A stretch of DNA of 64,000 nt, from contig OZ076409.1 of NCBI GenBank assembly GCA_964187785.1, forward strand, positions 7,380,001 through 7,444,000, read 5' to 3'. The notes under the pieces are model-generated. The model saw only the letters and a list, made by a program, of their open reading frames with translations. It was not told where the DNA came from and ran no database searches. This stretch comes from Amphiscolops sp. MND2022 (lineage: Eukaryota). Shown in pieces: positions 52,401 to 64,000 of this stretch; position 1 is the first letter of the stretch, and the number at the start of each line of letters is the position of its first letter. A program made the translations under genes and the position numbers.

Positions 52401-53866
52401 ACTCGCCACTCTCCCAACACTGTGTCAGGAGCTGCTTGCTAACTGGACAGATGTGACCAAATTCCTGAATGAACATGCACCTCCGCATGAAATGATGGGA
52501 GTGAGAAAACAAGTAAGTCGCTGCCGTCCCGTTGACCTTCAGTCTAATTTCAGTTGTTTCAATTTTCCTTTTGTTGTTCTAGCCTCAGAACCTAGAGCGA
52601 GCCATGATCCATGATGAGTTGTTTCTGTGCCGGCTTGAACTCTTCTATCGCTTGGTCAGGGATTGTAAGTATAATCCACCCGTAGTACGTATCATTTCTT
52701 GAGCTTTCGACAATCATAGTGAACGCAAGTGTTTAGGTACCACGAGCTTTGTGCCACATCTGACTGAACGACGGGATCATGGATTCCATATCTACAGGCA
52801 GTTATGCCAGTACCTCTTCAAGCTAGGAAGACGCTGTATCAAGCCGAAAAGTCTGCCACAGGAAACAGATCTGTCAGGGATTTTGGGTATTGCTATGTCG
52901 GATGCCAAAGCCTTAGCCATTCCCGATTTCATCGCCCGATCGAAGCTCGACCAACGACTGAACGTGGCTTGCAAAGTCAAGGCAGAAAAGGAATTGAGCG
53001 ACAAGAAGGGCAATCGGGCTAATCTTCCGAAACTCGTGAAAGAGAACAAAGAAGAGTTTGGGCGACTTGGGAGGAGCTACGTTGCCTACCTTTTCCATGC
53101 TGCCCAAAACAACTTACAACTGACCTCCACCATTGTGAAAGGATTGGGCTCCTTTGATCTGGACATTATGTATCGTTCTCCCCTTAGCCAGGCGCTGAAT
53201 TGTTTCAAGCATCTTTTCCGTAGCTTTCATCTTCGCGGTTACTTTCAAGCCGACGCGGAGTCCATCTATACAGAGGAATATTTATCATTCCTTGACGAGA
53301 TCCGCAAAGAGATGCCTGATCTGAGCCAACCAAGGGTCATAATCCAGGATGCAGTGACTCACATTTCCAATCATGTTGCCTTAGAGTCACGACCCCATCT
53401 TGCTCGGATCTTTAAGCTGAGCTGTTTATGTTTGGATGAGAGGTATGTTAGTATGCCTACCGTGAAGTTTGGTCCAGTGCGGACAGATGACCCCAAAAGT
53501 AAACTTATTGACACCATTCTGCCCGTTCAATCCTTCTTTATTAACGTGGGGCGGAGCATAGATGCCTTCACTTCAGCTTCTTCAATAGCTAAGTTCCTTT
53601 CCTTCGAACCTACGTTCGGGAATACTGCCTTCTCTGACATGTATAGCCCCTGGGACAGCCTCAATCGCTTCGATCGCTCTGAAATTCTTGCTGCTTTACG
53701 TCCGGGCTCAATGAAGAGGAAGACTGAAAGTCGAAAACTGAGGTTTAAAGATCTGAAAAGCAACAGCAGTTCCAAGAGTCTTCCGCCAGCCAGTGCCAAA
53801 GGATCGCCTGTGAGGCGTCAATCAGACAGCGAGTTGCCCTCTAGTTCATCTATTAAAGACACTTAA
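49454..53866 (+). CDS. Antisense spliced gene (~1300 aa), zinc-finger protein probably derived from a hAT-type transposase
   Basis: Predicted GT-AG introns at 51726-51820, 52307-52377, 52513-52582, 52665-52736 (and possibly 49470-49665) all join the ORF pieces in frame. Zinc finger FYCQICKGNISIYGRGAREILRHHSTERH. Confidence 0.85.
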
Positions 53867-54093
53867 TTGTACTATTTGTACATTTGTTTTTCGTTGTATT
53901 TATGTATCTTTCGTTTGTTGGCAGATTTGAGTTTGTTTATTTTATCGTTATTTGAAGTCTGTTTGTACCGTTGTGTCATTATGATGCCTGTGTTTGATCC
54001 ATTATTGTGGACTACAAGTCAGTCGAGGCCCATAAAAAGATTATTGGAGAGTCAAACGGTGTTGAGTCGGGCCAGTGAATATACATGTTCTAA

Positions 54094-57000
54094 CTAGTAC
54101 CTGTATTCGTCAGTGAAGTTGGGGGTAGGATTGGGGCGTAGGTTATATCTCCCTCCCCTAGGACTTTCATTTTCTACAACACAATCATCAGTTTCTTCAA
54201 TTAATACATCGGGCACGGTTGTATTGTTCCCCCCGGAAGTTGAAATTTCTGAATTTTCATCTCTAGGAAAGTCCTGATCGATCAATTCATCGTTTTTAGA
54301 TTCGGTACTTTGTTGCCGTCTAGCGGACTGACGGTCCTCATTGTGTGCGTTTCTTGAGTACTGCTCCGTATTATCAGCCTCAGTATTTGTTTGCCGTCGC
54401 GCGGACCGAAGGTCCGCTTCGTTTATTTCGTTTGAGCGTGAGTCACTATCAGTATCATCAGCGTGAGCGGCGTCAGTATTTGTTTGCCGTCGCGTGGACC
54501 GTAGGTCCAAATCTGTGATTATAGCATCTTGTTCATCGGAATTGGTAGGGAGTTCATTAGTAACAGTCCGATTTTCAGAATTAGGAGGGAAATCGTCAAA
54601 ATTGGTTTCCCATGAAATGATGTACAGATCATCTTGTGGAATAATAATTTCATCGTCTGCTTGTAAATTTCCTTCGGGGCGAATGTCTTGTGGGGTAGTA
54701 TTTGGAGTGTATTTTCTAAGGCGTATTCGGTGTAATATCTGCGTTTTGTTAGTACTAAGTTTGCGAACAATATAGTTGTCGTTAGGTAAAACTTTTTCAA
54801 TGACGTACGGTCCGATCCAACGAAATTCACGAAAAGGAATTTTAGAGCCTTGATGGTCAGCTAGAGGTTGTAAAATGAAGCAAAAATCTCCTTGTTGTAG
54901 AGGAGCTGCTTTAGCCTTTCGGTCATAATATTCCTTGTACTTTAAATATGATTGCATGATGTTTTTCTTTGTTTGATCAATTAATATTTGCGTACGTCTT
55001 TGAAATTCTTCAGCAAAATCAGTCGTTGGAGTGATCTTTGGGTTAGGGTTTAATCCAAACCGATGGTCTAAGATATTATAGGGTACTCTTCCGTGAAAAA
55101 ATCGGGTGGGTTCGCATCCAAGACTTGAATGATAGGTCGTGTTATAATTAAGGACAGCCAATGGGAGATATTTGTGCCATTGACGCCTGTATTCACCTGA
55201 TGCCATTTTAAGGTTGCCCTTAAGGCTGGCATGAGTGCGTTCTAGTTTGCCTATCGTCTGAGGATGCTTTGTGGTCGCGCACCGAAGGTGAATTCCTAAA
55301 ATTTTGGTATTTTCTTCTAGTAGTTTGGACGTAAAGGCAGTGCCTTTGTCGGTGATCAGCGTAGTCGGCAAGTAGGAATGTTTTGTCATGATATCAATAA
55401 TGACCTTTGCCGTATTGACGACCGAAGCGTCCGTTACTGGGTAGGCAAAAAGATATCTTGAAAACACGTCCAGAGCCGTTATGACATTTTCGTAACCTCC
55501 ACTTGGGGGTAAGTTGGGCAGAATGTCAATTTGTAAAGCATCTTCTGGGCCAAGATCCCATTCAGGTAAATTGAGTAATTCAGGTGTTATGGATGCATTG
55601 TTGATTCTTTTGTCTTTTATACAAATTTCACACCCTTGGACCCACTTTTTGACAATTTTTACAATTCCAGGAAAGTAGTATTTTCGTCGAATTTCGTGCA
55701 GCATTTTTGAGATTCCCGGGTGTTTGTTCGCGGAACCATGTAGTGATTGAAGTAATTCTGTGACTAGATGTTTCGGTAATAATGCTTGGCGGAATTGGAC
55801 ACTGCCTGTTTCATCGTAGTAGTCTCTGAAAATGATGTCATCATGTACGGACAGACGGTCAATTTGACGGCAGTAATGTCGGTAGCGCGAATCTTGCTGT
55901 AAGATGGTTTCAGAGTATTCTTCTTTTTGCAGTTTGAGTCGTAATTGATGCAAGATAAGGTCGTTCTGTTGTTCTATAGCCATGGTGGTTGGTTTTGCCA
56001 GTTTTTGTATATTTTGAGTTTGGAAGTGTGTATTATCATGAGTGCTAAGATGATCTAACAAAATATCAGGAGGTTGATTCATTGGGTTTGACCTGGCGTC
56101 TTGTTTGCGTTTCCAGATTTGTTCTTCTGTTTCTTCATCATCGTCCGTATAGAAGATCTGTTCCTCTTCAGTAACTCCCGCTGATTGGACGTTGAGTTCA
56201 ATGGGTGTGGTGGAAATATCTTCTCGTATCTGGAGTATGAGTTTTTCTTTGGGACAGATTTCTAGACGCGACAAGTAGTCAGCGGCAGTATTGTTTTTGC
56301 CAGGTATATGGGCTATTGTGAAACTGAATTGCATAACGTAGTCACACGCGTTCCACAATGTAGGTGGAATGATTTTTGTTTGAAAAGAGCGAGTGACTGA
56401 CTTGTTGTCTGTTAGTATTATCACCGGTTTCGGGGTCCCCCAGAAGATATGGCCAAACTCTTTGAATGCAAAGAATATTGCTAGGAATTCTTTCGCATAA
56501 ATGGTTATCTTCAGTTGGGCAGGACTAAAGGTCTTGGATCCATATGCTACAGGTGCGAAGGCTTTTCGCGTCGAAGTATATTTTTCCATCGGATCGTCCT
56601 CGATGAGAACTGCATAACCTGCTGCCGAAAAACTAGCGTCTGTCATTAGGGCTATCTGTTTATCGGGTAGAGGTTGTTTGAGTGCCAGTTCACAACATCG
56701 GTCAAGAGCTTTGTTGATCTCGGTGAATTTTTCTAACAGATCGGGTGTCACCATGACTTTGGCATCACTTTTCAATAACTTGAAAAACGGTGTGAGTTTT
56801 TCTGAGAGCCTTGGGATGTAGTTACGGTATTAGTTCAAGAATCCCAAGTGTCTTTGAAGTGCTTTCTTGGATTTAGGGATTTTGGTCTTTTCCAAGAAAT
56901 TCTGGACCCTGGGTCGTTGTGGCCGCACCCCTTCAGGAGTGATAGTGCGTCCCAGGAAGTCAATTTCCTTGGCTCCGAAATGGCACTTGTGCATCGTTAG

Positions 57001-59270
57001 TTTGAGACCAGCGGTCCTGATGCACTGGAACGTTGCTCGAAGGTTGTTGATGAGCTGAGTAGCGTCGTTTGCAGCTATCCCAATATCATCTACGTACTGA
57101 GCACATTGGTCAGCTTTTATCACTTTATCCAGGTATTCGCGCATAAAGCTCGAGAATGCGGACAGCGCTCTGCTGTGACCTTGGGCAAGTCTCCGATAGG
57201 CAAAGGTTCTGCTGGCAAAATTGAATGCCAGCATCTCGATTGACATCTGGTCAGCCATCTGAAGGCAGTGGTATGCTTGAGAACAATCAAGTTTGCAAAA
57301 TAGTCGTTTGCCTGCCATGTGCTGCGCAGCATCCGTTAGTGTGCTGACAGGATGGTTGTTGTTGATATAATCGTCGGAAATCAGGTTGTTGATCTTTCGG
57401 AGGTCGACCAGGAGTCGAAGTTTGCCGTTAGGTTTTTTCTGGGCACAAATGGGACTTGCATATTTGGAAAATGGGAGAGTTGTTATAATCCCATATCGAT
57501 GTAGTAGGGCTAGTTCTACAAGGATATCTTCTTTGAGGTTGATAGGAGTAGGTAAGCTTTGACTATAGGCAGGAGAGTCATCTTTAGGGGTCAAAGTGAC
57601 CTTGAAGTCCTCGTTCATACCTATATCAAAGCGGTGTCGTGCAAATATATCGTGAAATTCAACAAGTAATTCTTCAATTTGGGCAATTTCGGCTGGGTTT
57701 AGCGTCGAGTCTGTCCAGTCGAAATTAGCAAGAAATTGTTTCCGCGATTCAGGGTCATCCTGGGGGTTGAGTTTCTCTAAATCTTTGAGATTTCGTAGTT
57801 CTCTAAGGATTCTTTGTTGTATTGGTGTGTGAGTTTGGGGATCTCCTGGTTCTTCTGGAGTAGGGAACCAATAGTTCTCACTATCATCGCTAGTTTTCGG
57901 AGATTTGATCAGGCTACTGGCATAATAGGCAGCATGTTCCGGGTTATCCTTCAAAAGGTGCCAAGTGGTCACAGGATCAATGGGTTTGACGTATTTCATC
58001 TGCTCTGGTGTGAGGACAGAGAAATTGGCAATGTGCGCACCTCTTTTGAGGGTGTACGGTTGGTCAGTGAAGTTGTTGACATGGATTGATACCTGACCTT
58101 GGGTCAGTGTGACTAGAGCGGCGCAGAAGGTTATATCACCATCTTCTGCAAGGTCGTTGCTCGGTTGAAGAATTCCAGTGACGTTTGTGTCGTCATATAG
58201 TTGTGAGAACATGGAAACCATATGTCTGTCGTTGGGGGGAATAGTTATGTCCTCCCGTGCACAGATAGGTTCCATGACGTTAGTGTACTTGTGGTCAGCT
58301 GTTTTCAATTGCATGGAGAAGAAAGGGAAGTTTAAAACTCCTTGACGCATGTCCAGTATGGTATTGTTCCGTTGCAGGAACGAGAGACCAATTAACGGAC
58401 TTGTGAGTTTTTCCATAACAATGAAGATCTCATGGAAATCGATGTCCCCGACCTCGAATTTGAGTTCAACGGTGCTCTTTGGAGTCTCCAGCTGTCCATT
58501 GGCTACCATAATCTGGAAGTTGGGTGCCGGGCCCTCTTTAATTATTGACTGAGGGGCTAACAATCGGATTTTACGTAGATCAGCTTCTGGGATAGCGCTA
58601 GATAGGGCTCCCGTGTCTACAAGGCCATCTAATGTTAGTTCGCCAAAATCCATGGGGAAGTAGAGCATTCGTCGTTTGTATTTGAGTCCCAAATTGGTCG
58701 TCAACGGGACGTAGTCGGGTTCACTGTTTCGTGAGATCAGCGTATTCAGAAAGCGTTCTTCCACTGTTGCCGTCAATGTGACCAAAGGTCCATTGTGTGG
58801 AAGTTGTTCGGTTATTTCCTCCTGGATTGGTGAATTGGTTTAATCCACACATTTTGCCAGGGGTCAACAGAGGCCGTGGATAGTTTTGTGTTCAGCATCT
58901 GATCAATGTGGGGTTGATCGTGTTCGATATCTGCAATGTTTTTGGTAAAGTTTTTGTAGAAGTGTAGCTGATGTTGGTTGTAGATTTGAATGTCCCAATA
59001 GGGGTCGAATCCGAAGTCCGGTTCAGGATAATATGGGTTGTAGTTATCGATTAGGGGAAGGGGGCGAATGGTCGTAGTATTAGAGTGCTGTCTGTCGGAC
59101 TGAAGGTCCGGGTTGTGTAAGTGAGTAGGCAAATGCTTCACCTGCTGCTGCCAGTCAGCTGATGAATTTTCTTTAATGGAAGAGTAATATTCTGTATAAT
59201 ATATATTAGGAGGATCAGATATTATATATTGTCTGATACGTAATTTTTCATTAATATGGAGTCGTGGCAA
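54094..59270 (-). pseudogene. pol: pol: protease, dUTPase-like spacer, RT, RNase H, integrase (frame break near 58810, in-frame stop at 56830)
   Basis: LVDTGA, LDCSQAYH, YVDD, MTDAS, AKEFLAI, TDNKS, ADYLSR, HHCC, LQID, ITDKG and GKLER motifs. Confidence 0.97.
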
Positions 59271-59272
59271 AT

Positions 59273-61069
59273 CTAGTTTTTTGAGTTTTTAAGGATAGAA
59301 GTAGTGGGTTTATTGGTAGGGTCATCACGACTACTGGTCGTGTCGTCATCCTTTGGACTATCCAATTTGAGGTTCTTGGGCTTGAGGTGGGCTCCAGCGC
59401 CTTTCCAACATCTCTCCGCCGGGTGATTGGTTTTGTCACAAGTCGGGCACTTTGGGTACTCTTTTTTGGTACTCGAGCCTTCATTGCGTTTTTGCTCTTC
59501 CTTTCGTTTTAGTTTTCGGCAATCGTCTTTGACATGTCCAGGTTTTTTGCAGTAGTTGCAAGTTATTCCTGGGTCAATGCCTGATGAAAGGAGTCCTTGA
59601 CCCGGTCGTGTAGCTGTCGGGGCTGTTGACATTGTGGGAACGGGAATGTCGTCGCCTTCCTCAAGTCCATTCAACTCCAGCTCTCGTTCGAGATGAGTGA
59701 CAATTTCTTCATAGGTGGCATTCTCTAATCGCGCCATGTTGACTGAACGTTTGAGTTTCGGTGGGAGTTTTGCGTATAGCAGACTGTCAATCATGGCTTG
59801 TGCGTGCTCGCCAAAGGCTTTTTCGGCGCCCTGATTGAGTTCCTCGAGAAAATCGGGCAATTTCATTGTGTTTGGGTCAAATACCAATTTGTGCCATTTA
59901 TGTTTGGCAGTTGCCTGGGATTCAGGTTTGACATATTTCCTACGAAACACAGCCAGTACGTCTTCTAAGGTTTGTCTATTTGCTGACCTGATGTTGCGGA
60001 AGGTTTGCAGGGCATTTTTGCGCAACAGTGAATGAAAGTGATTAATTTTCATTGCTTTCGTCATATCGGGTTGCATCTTTATCACCGTGTGAAAAAGGTC
60101 TTCAAACAGTTCGAATTTTTCAGATTTGCCGTCAAATGTAAGTGTGGCAGTTTTGACTGGTCGTACCATCAGTGTTTGTGCTGATGATTTGTTGTTCATT
60201 CCCATAATGACATCGGCAAGTCTGTTTATGGGGTCTAATGGTGTTTGGGGCTGCATTTCCCGGTCATTGATAGGGTTTGAGGGAATCTGTGCCGGGAGAT
60301 TGGTATCTAATGTGTCATCGTTGACGCATTGTTGATGGGGAATTTTGTTTCTGGACTGCGTGGGACGTCCGGTCAGAAATTCAGGGACTACATGTGGAGT
60401 AAGGTTGGCTCCTGTCACCATGTCATAACCTTCATCATTTTCACTTTGTCCAGAATCTTCCAAACATTCCATTTGATGATTTGAAAGGTTATTTGCTGTT
60501 GTGTTTAGTCTAGGAAAATTCTCTCTTGAGTCCTGGACCTGTTGGCTGAATTTACTTTTATGCCGTCCATATGACCCAAGGTCCAAAGTCTGGTCCATAG
60601 GGACGTTTCTACTCGGATGCCGTCCATCTGACCGAAGGTCCAATTTCGCGTTCTTAGGCTCCCTATGATTTACTATGACATTTTCGATGCTCGGTAGTAT
60701 TTTTTCATCGATAGCGGAGTTTATTACCTCCATAATATGGGAATTTAGATCAGATTTCATTTCTTCCAATTTTCTCGACATCTGTGAAGAAATTTCTGAA
60801 CTAATTGCTCCACTAGTTTCTACTGTAATTTCACTATTCTCACTCAAATTTGTATTCAAAAGAGATCTATAGTTGCTTTCTTCTTGCCTGAAACCTTGTT
60901 GCCGTCTACTTGACTCAGGGTCAATTTCTATTTGATCTACTGTGTTTTGGTCTCTAATTTCGCTGTTTGAGTAATTTCCAAGCATCACATCTAAATTTTC
61001 AATATCTGACATTACGTCAGACTGTCTAGAACGTTTCTCTCTTGCTTTCTGCTTTCTAGTTGAAGGCAT
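59273..61069 (-). CDS. gag: Gag with two CCHC zinc knuckles; ATG at 61069 inside the 5' LTR
   Basis: TFDGKSEKF capsid-like start, CNYCKKPGHVKDDC and CPTCDKTNHPAERC. Confidence 0.95.
   Translation of the reverse strand: MPSTRKQKAREKRSRQSDVMSDIENLDVMLGNYSNSEIRDQNTVDQIEIDPESSRRQQGFRQEESNYRSLLNTNLSENSEITVETSGAISSEISSQMSRKLEEMKSDLNSHIMEVINSAIDEKILPSIENVIVNHREPKNAKLDLRSDGRHPSRNVPMDQTLDLGSYGRHKSKFSQQVQDSRENFPRLNTTANNLSNHQMECLEDSGQSENDEGYDMVTGANLTPHVVPEFLTGRPTQSRNKIPHQQCVNDDTLDTNLPAQIPSNPINDREMQPQTPLDPINRLADVIMGMNNKSSAQTLMVRPVKTATLTFDGKSEKFELFEDLFHTVIKMQPDMTKAMKINHFHSLLRKNALQTFRNIRSANRQTLEDVLAVFRRKYVKPESQATAKHKWHKLVFDPNTMKLPDFLEELNQGAEKAFGEHAQAMIDSLLYAKLPPKLKRSVNMARLENATYEEIVTHLERELELNGLEEGDDIPVPTMSTAPTATRPGQGLLSSGIDPGITCNYCKKPGHVKDDCRKLKRKEEQKRNEGSSTKKEYPKCPTCDKTNHPAERCWKGAGAHLKPKNLKLDSPKDDDTTSSRDDPTNKPTTSILKNSKN
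59276..59282 (-). promoter_or_regulatory. -1 ribosomal frameshift heptamer A AAA AAC
   Basis: Immediately precedes the gag TAG; the -1 frame is the open 58812-59270 frame. Confidence 0.8.
60407..60420 (-). promoter_or_regulatory. Primer binding site
   Basis: TGGTGACAGGAGCC directly after the 5' LTR CA. Resembles the complement of a tRNA-Leu 3' end with a mismatch; primer identity uncertain. Confidence 0.75.
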
Positions 61070-61975
61070 TTTCAAGGAATGGATTTGATTCCAACAGTGA
61101 ATTAATCAACAGTAACAAATCAAACAGTTTTGTATCGTAGCGTTTTCAATCAATGAATGAATGTGTTTTGTTTATTACAAATTCCGCGTATATATAGTTT
61201 ATACTGCATGACACGCAATATTTTGCGTGTCAGGAACTAAATTTAGGGTGATATCATTCTAAATATAGCCCCGATTTCATTATTAGTTCACTAGTTCTAA
61301 AAATAGACTGAGGGTTTTGACATTACGTCACACAAATGAATAGATATAAATAGCATCAAACAAACAGTGGGTATCTTTACATGTATTCAAATTCAGGTTA
61401 AAATCAACCTTTCATGCATTGGTAACATCAATACTCAATGAAATTCTAAATTTGACCATGCGTCAGCATGACTGCAATGATAGACTGGTACTTTACTCTG
61501 ATTGGTCAACAAGTACTTGTGACCACACGTCGGTTTGACTGCAGTAGAGTACTAGTTAAATAACTAAGAAAAGTGTCTTAAGGTACTCTTTAAACACCGT
61601 TTAACAGCACTTGAGTTACTTTGCTAAGTATTGCGTCGTTAACTAAGTGATGTACTTTAGGTCCAGATTAATTGCAAGTAGTTTCATCAATGGGAAATTC
61701 TAAATAGTAACAAATCAATAATAGCAATTGAATAAATGCACAGATTAAATGCTGTCAGTTTGACCTTTGGTCTAAATAGTAACATCGAAATTGCATGTTT
61801 AGCGTTAATAATTCGGTCATTACATGCATGAAACAAATATTAAACTATCAGAATAAATGCTAAAGTTCGTTTCAGAGTTTGTTCTAGATAGGTAGTACCC
61901 CGGGGGCTGGTGGCGTCTCATTACCTTCTGGCATCATTTGGTATAGGATGCCGTCACAAGCGGCAGCTTGCGACA
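60421..61975 (-). repeat. 5' LTR (1555 bp)
   Basis: Matches 45852-47405; identity stops exactly at the TG and CA termini. Confidence 0.97.
61150..61200 (-). promoter_or_regulatory. Putative LTR core promoter and poly(A) signal
   Basis: Minus strand CTATATATA, then AATAAA, then an initiator-like TCATTCATT about 30 nt after the TATA. Confidence 0.5.
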
Positions 61976-61990
61976 TACACTAACGATTGA

Positions 61991-62190
61991 NNNNNNNNNN
62001 NNNNNNNNNNNNNNNNNNNNNNNNNNNNNNNNNNNNNNNNNNNNNNNNNNNNNNNNNNNNNNNNNNNNNNNNNNNNNNNNNNNNNNNNNNNNNNNNNNNN
62101 NNNNNNNNNNNNNNNNNNNNNNNNNNNNNNNNNNNNNNNNNNNNNNNNNNNNNNNNNNNNNNNNNNNNNNNNNNNNNNNNNNNNNNNNNN
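61991..62190. other. Assembly gap (200 N)
   Basis: Run of N. Confidence 1.
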
Positions 62191-64000
62191 CGAATTCCTT
62201 TGTGCCAGTTTTTTGTCTTTCGATATGTTCTGCTGTTTGTGTAGTCATTTATCTCTTCGGATATGTCTCCATTAAATAAACAAGACATCCGATAAGCACC
62301 GGAATTTTTTCACCAGAAATTCCAGGCTGGAGTCCGGGTTCGAGCCAGACGGAGCACTACCAACTGGGCCACGGTGTCTAACTTGTCCACAATGGAGTAA
62401 CCAGACGAGACCTTCTAAAGTCGGCGCTATATATAAAGCTCAAAAGCGCAAAACATTTTTTGGAAAAAAACTCGAAATTTCGAAAAATGTCGCATAGTGC
62501 CGAAAAATGTAAAAGGGGGACCCTTTTGGATTTATTAACATACTACATTCTGTTGGAAAATATCAAAAAACAAGAAGGGAGGACCCTTTGGGGTCATTTA
62601 AAAATTTTCGAAAAAAATCGCATAGAACCGAAAAAATCCGTCCGTTTTTCTAGGTTTCCTTGAAAAAATAAAAAAAAATGAAAGGGGACCCTTTGGACTA
62701 AGTTTGCCTTGGCCGGACTTGGCCTTAGGTGGTTTCAGGAATGTTTGTAAAAATTGGATCGATCAGTGTGAGGATTGTAGTCTGAAGAGAATGAAAAGGT
62801 CACTGCTATAATCGGGCATTTTTCTTTAAAAGGAAAATGCGCCGACTAAAAATAAAGCAAAGATTTGGCTAAATTGGAACAAAATGCTACACAGATGGAG
62901 ATTTGCCTCCCCTATTGCAATAAATTGTGGGCGCAAAGAATAATCCTTTCTCTTCCAATCAATGGCTAGGTTTGGTGTTTGATTCAGAGATTGTGTGACG
63001 TAACGTAGATGCAGGTAAAGGTACAAAGTATGCAAAGTTTATCTACAGCTACTTTAGGTTTTGAGGTTATCAACTGAATTAGAACAGATAAAATATCTCT
63101 CTTTTCTGGCTCGAGGGAATTTTATAGCTGTAGTATTCATTTTTTAAGGTTTCGATACTTTGCAACCATATGGGTGTGAAAAGAGCCCAATGAGAATCCC
63201 AATAAGGGTTAGAATTGATTCTTAAAAAATTTGGTCCTACTCTTTGTAATGTGATTTGTACTTTGAAATTGCCTTAAGGTGGCGCTTGGTGAGATTTTGG
63301 AATTGATGTATCGACAAATAAAAATGGATTAGTTTGAAAAAATTCTCCAGCTGAGGCATTTGATACCATTTGTTTCATTCAACAATCCAGTTTCATTCAA
63401 ATAAGTGCCGAAACGTTTGGTTCCGTCAAAATGATGCGAGTTCCCTCGTTACAAGGGAAAGGCAACCTGTAGAAAAGCATTTTGATCGACTGTTGCATTC
63501 GTAGAACTTGCAAGGATTTTAACAGTTATACAAAAACTGACGCTCCATCTTGGATCTCTGTTACTTGGATCAGCTAACTGCTAGTTCGATCACAACTGAT
63601 AGTATGATGGGGTCCTATCATTGATCGTGAGTCAAGACTCCTCAAAGAAAAAAATTTTTTGAAGTGACACAAATTTAGCAGTTTGAATAAACAGAATTCA
63701 ATATTTTACAACATAAATTTTTCTTCTGACTTTATATATAATTCAATAAAGTTCATGAAACATTAAAACCGGCATATTCGTTGTCTATCAAAGTTGATGT
63801 TTCTACATTTTTTACAATGATCTCGACCAGTGGGTTAACCGCTAAGTGTATTTCAGCTATCGCTATTGCTAATGATTAACAAAACGGGAACGTCTAAAGT
63901 CGGCACCATATCTAAGGCTCAAACAGCGCAAAGTTTTTAAAATTGTAAAAGGGGACCCTTTGGGCTTTTTGAAATTACAGTTTCTTGCAAAATATCAAAA

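Larger units (their letters stand above)
45852..61975 (-). mobile_element. Full-length 16.1-kb Ty3/Gypsy LTR retrotransposon with extra genes
   Basis: Two ~1.55-kb LTRs (TGTCG...TGACA on minus), PBS, PPT, and gag then PR-RT-RH-IN order. Confidence 0.97.

Noticed and set aside
49815..53799. Short minus-strand and alternate-frame ORFs over the antisense gene
   Set aside because: Shadow ORFs of a relatively GC-rich coding region.
61934..62288. ORFs containing X runs
   Set aside because: Artefacts of the N gap.

Overview
Repeat-dense eukaryotic DNA, probably from an invertebrate animal, not a prokaryote. (1) At 1-~10.6 kb (+) is the 3' half of a decayed Ty3/Gypsy-type retroelement. It has the RNase H end, an integrase, a frameshifted envelope-like glycoprotein resembling chuvirus/herpes gB class III fusogens, and several accessory ORFs. 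(2) At ~10.8-40.5 kb are scattered minus-strand exons of a host gene with fibronectin type III-like segments. Its introns hold MITEs, foldbacks, hAT remnants, tRNA-derived SINEs, a 45-bp minisatellite and a ~167-bp satellite. (3) Two solo LTRs (40879-42252, 43707-45306) each carry a gag-like N-terminal ORF. (4) At 45852-61975 (-) is a complete 16.1-kb Ty3/Gypsy element with three unusual features. Its gag starts ~650 nt inside the LTR and reads across the LTR end and PBS. It carries an antisense, intron-containing gene of ~1300 aa that looks derived from a hAT transposase. It has a nef-like ORF that crosses the PPT into the 3' LTR. An assembly gap follows at 61991-62190. All protein family calls come from motif recognition by eye; no searches were run.
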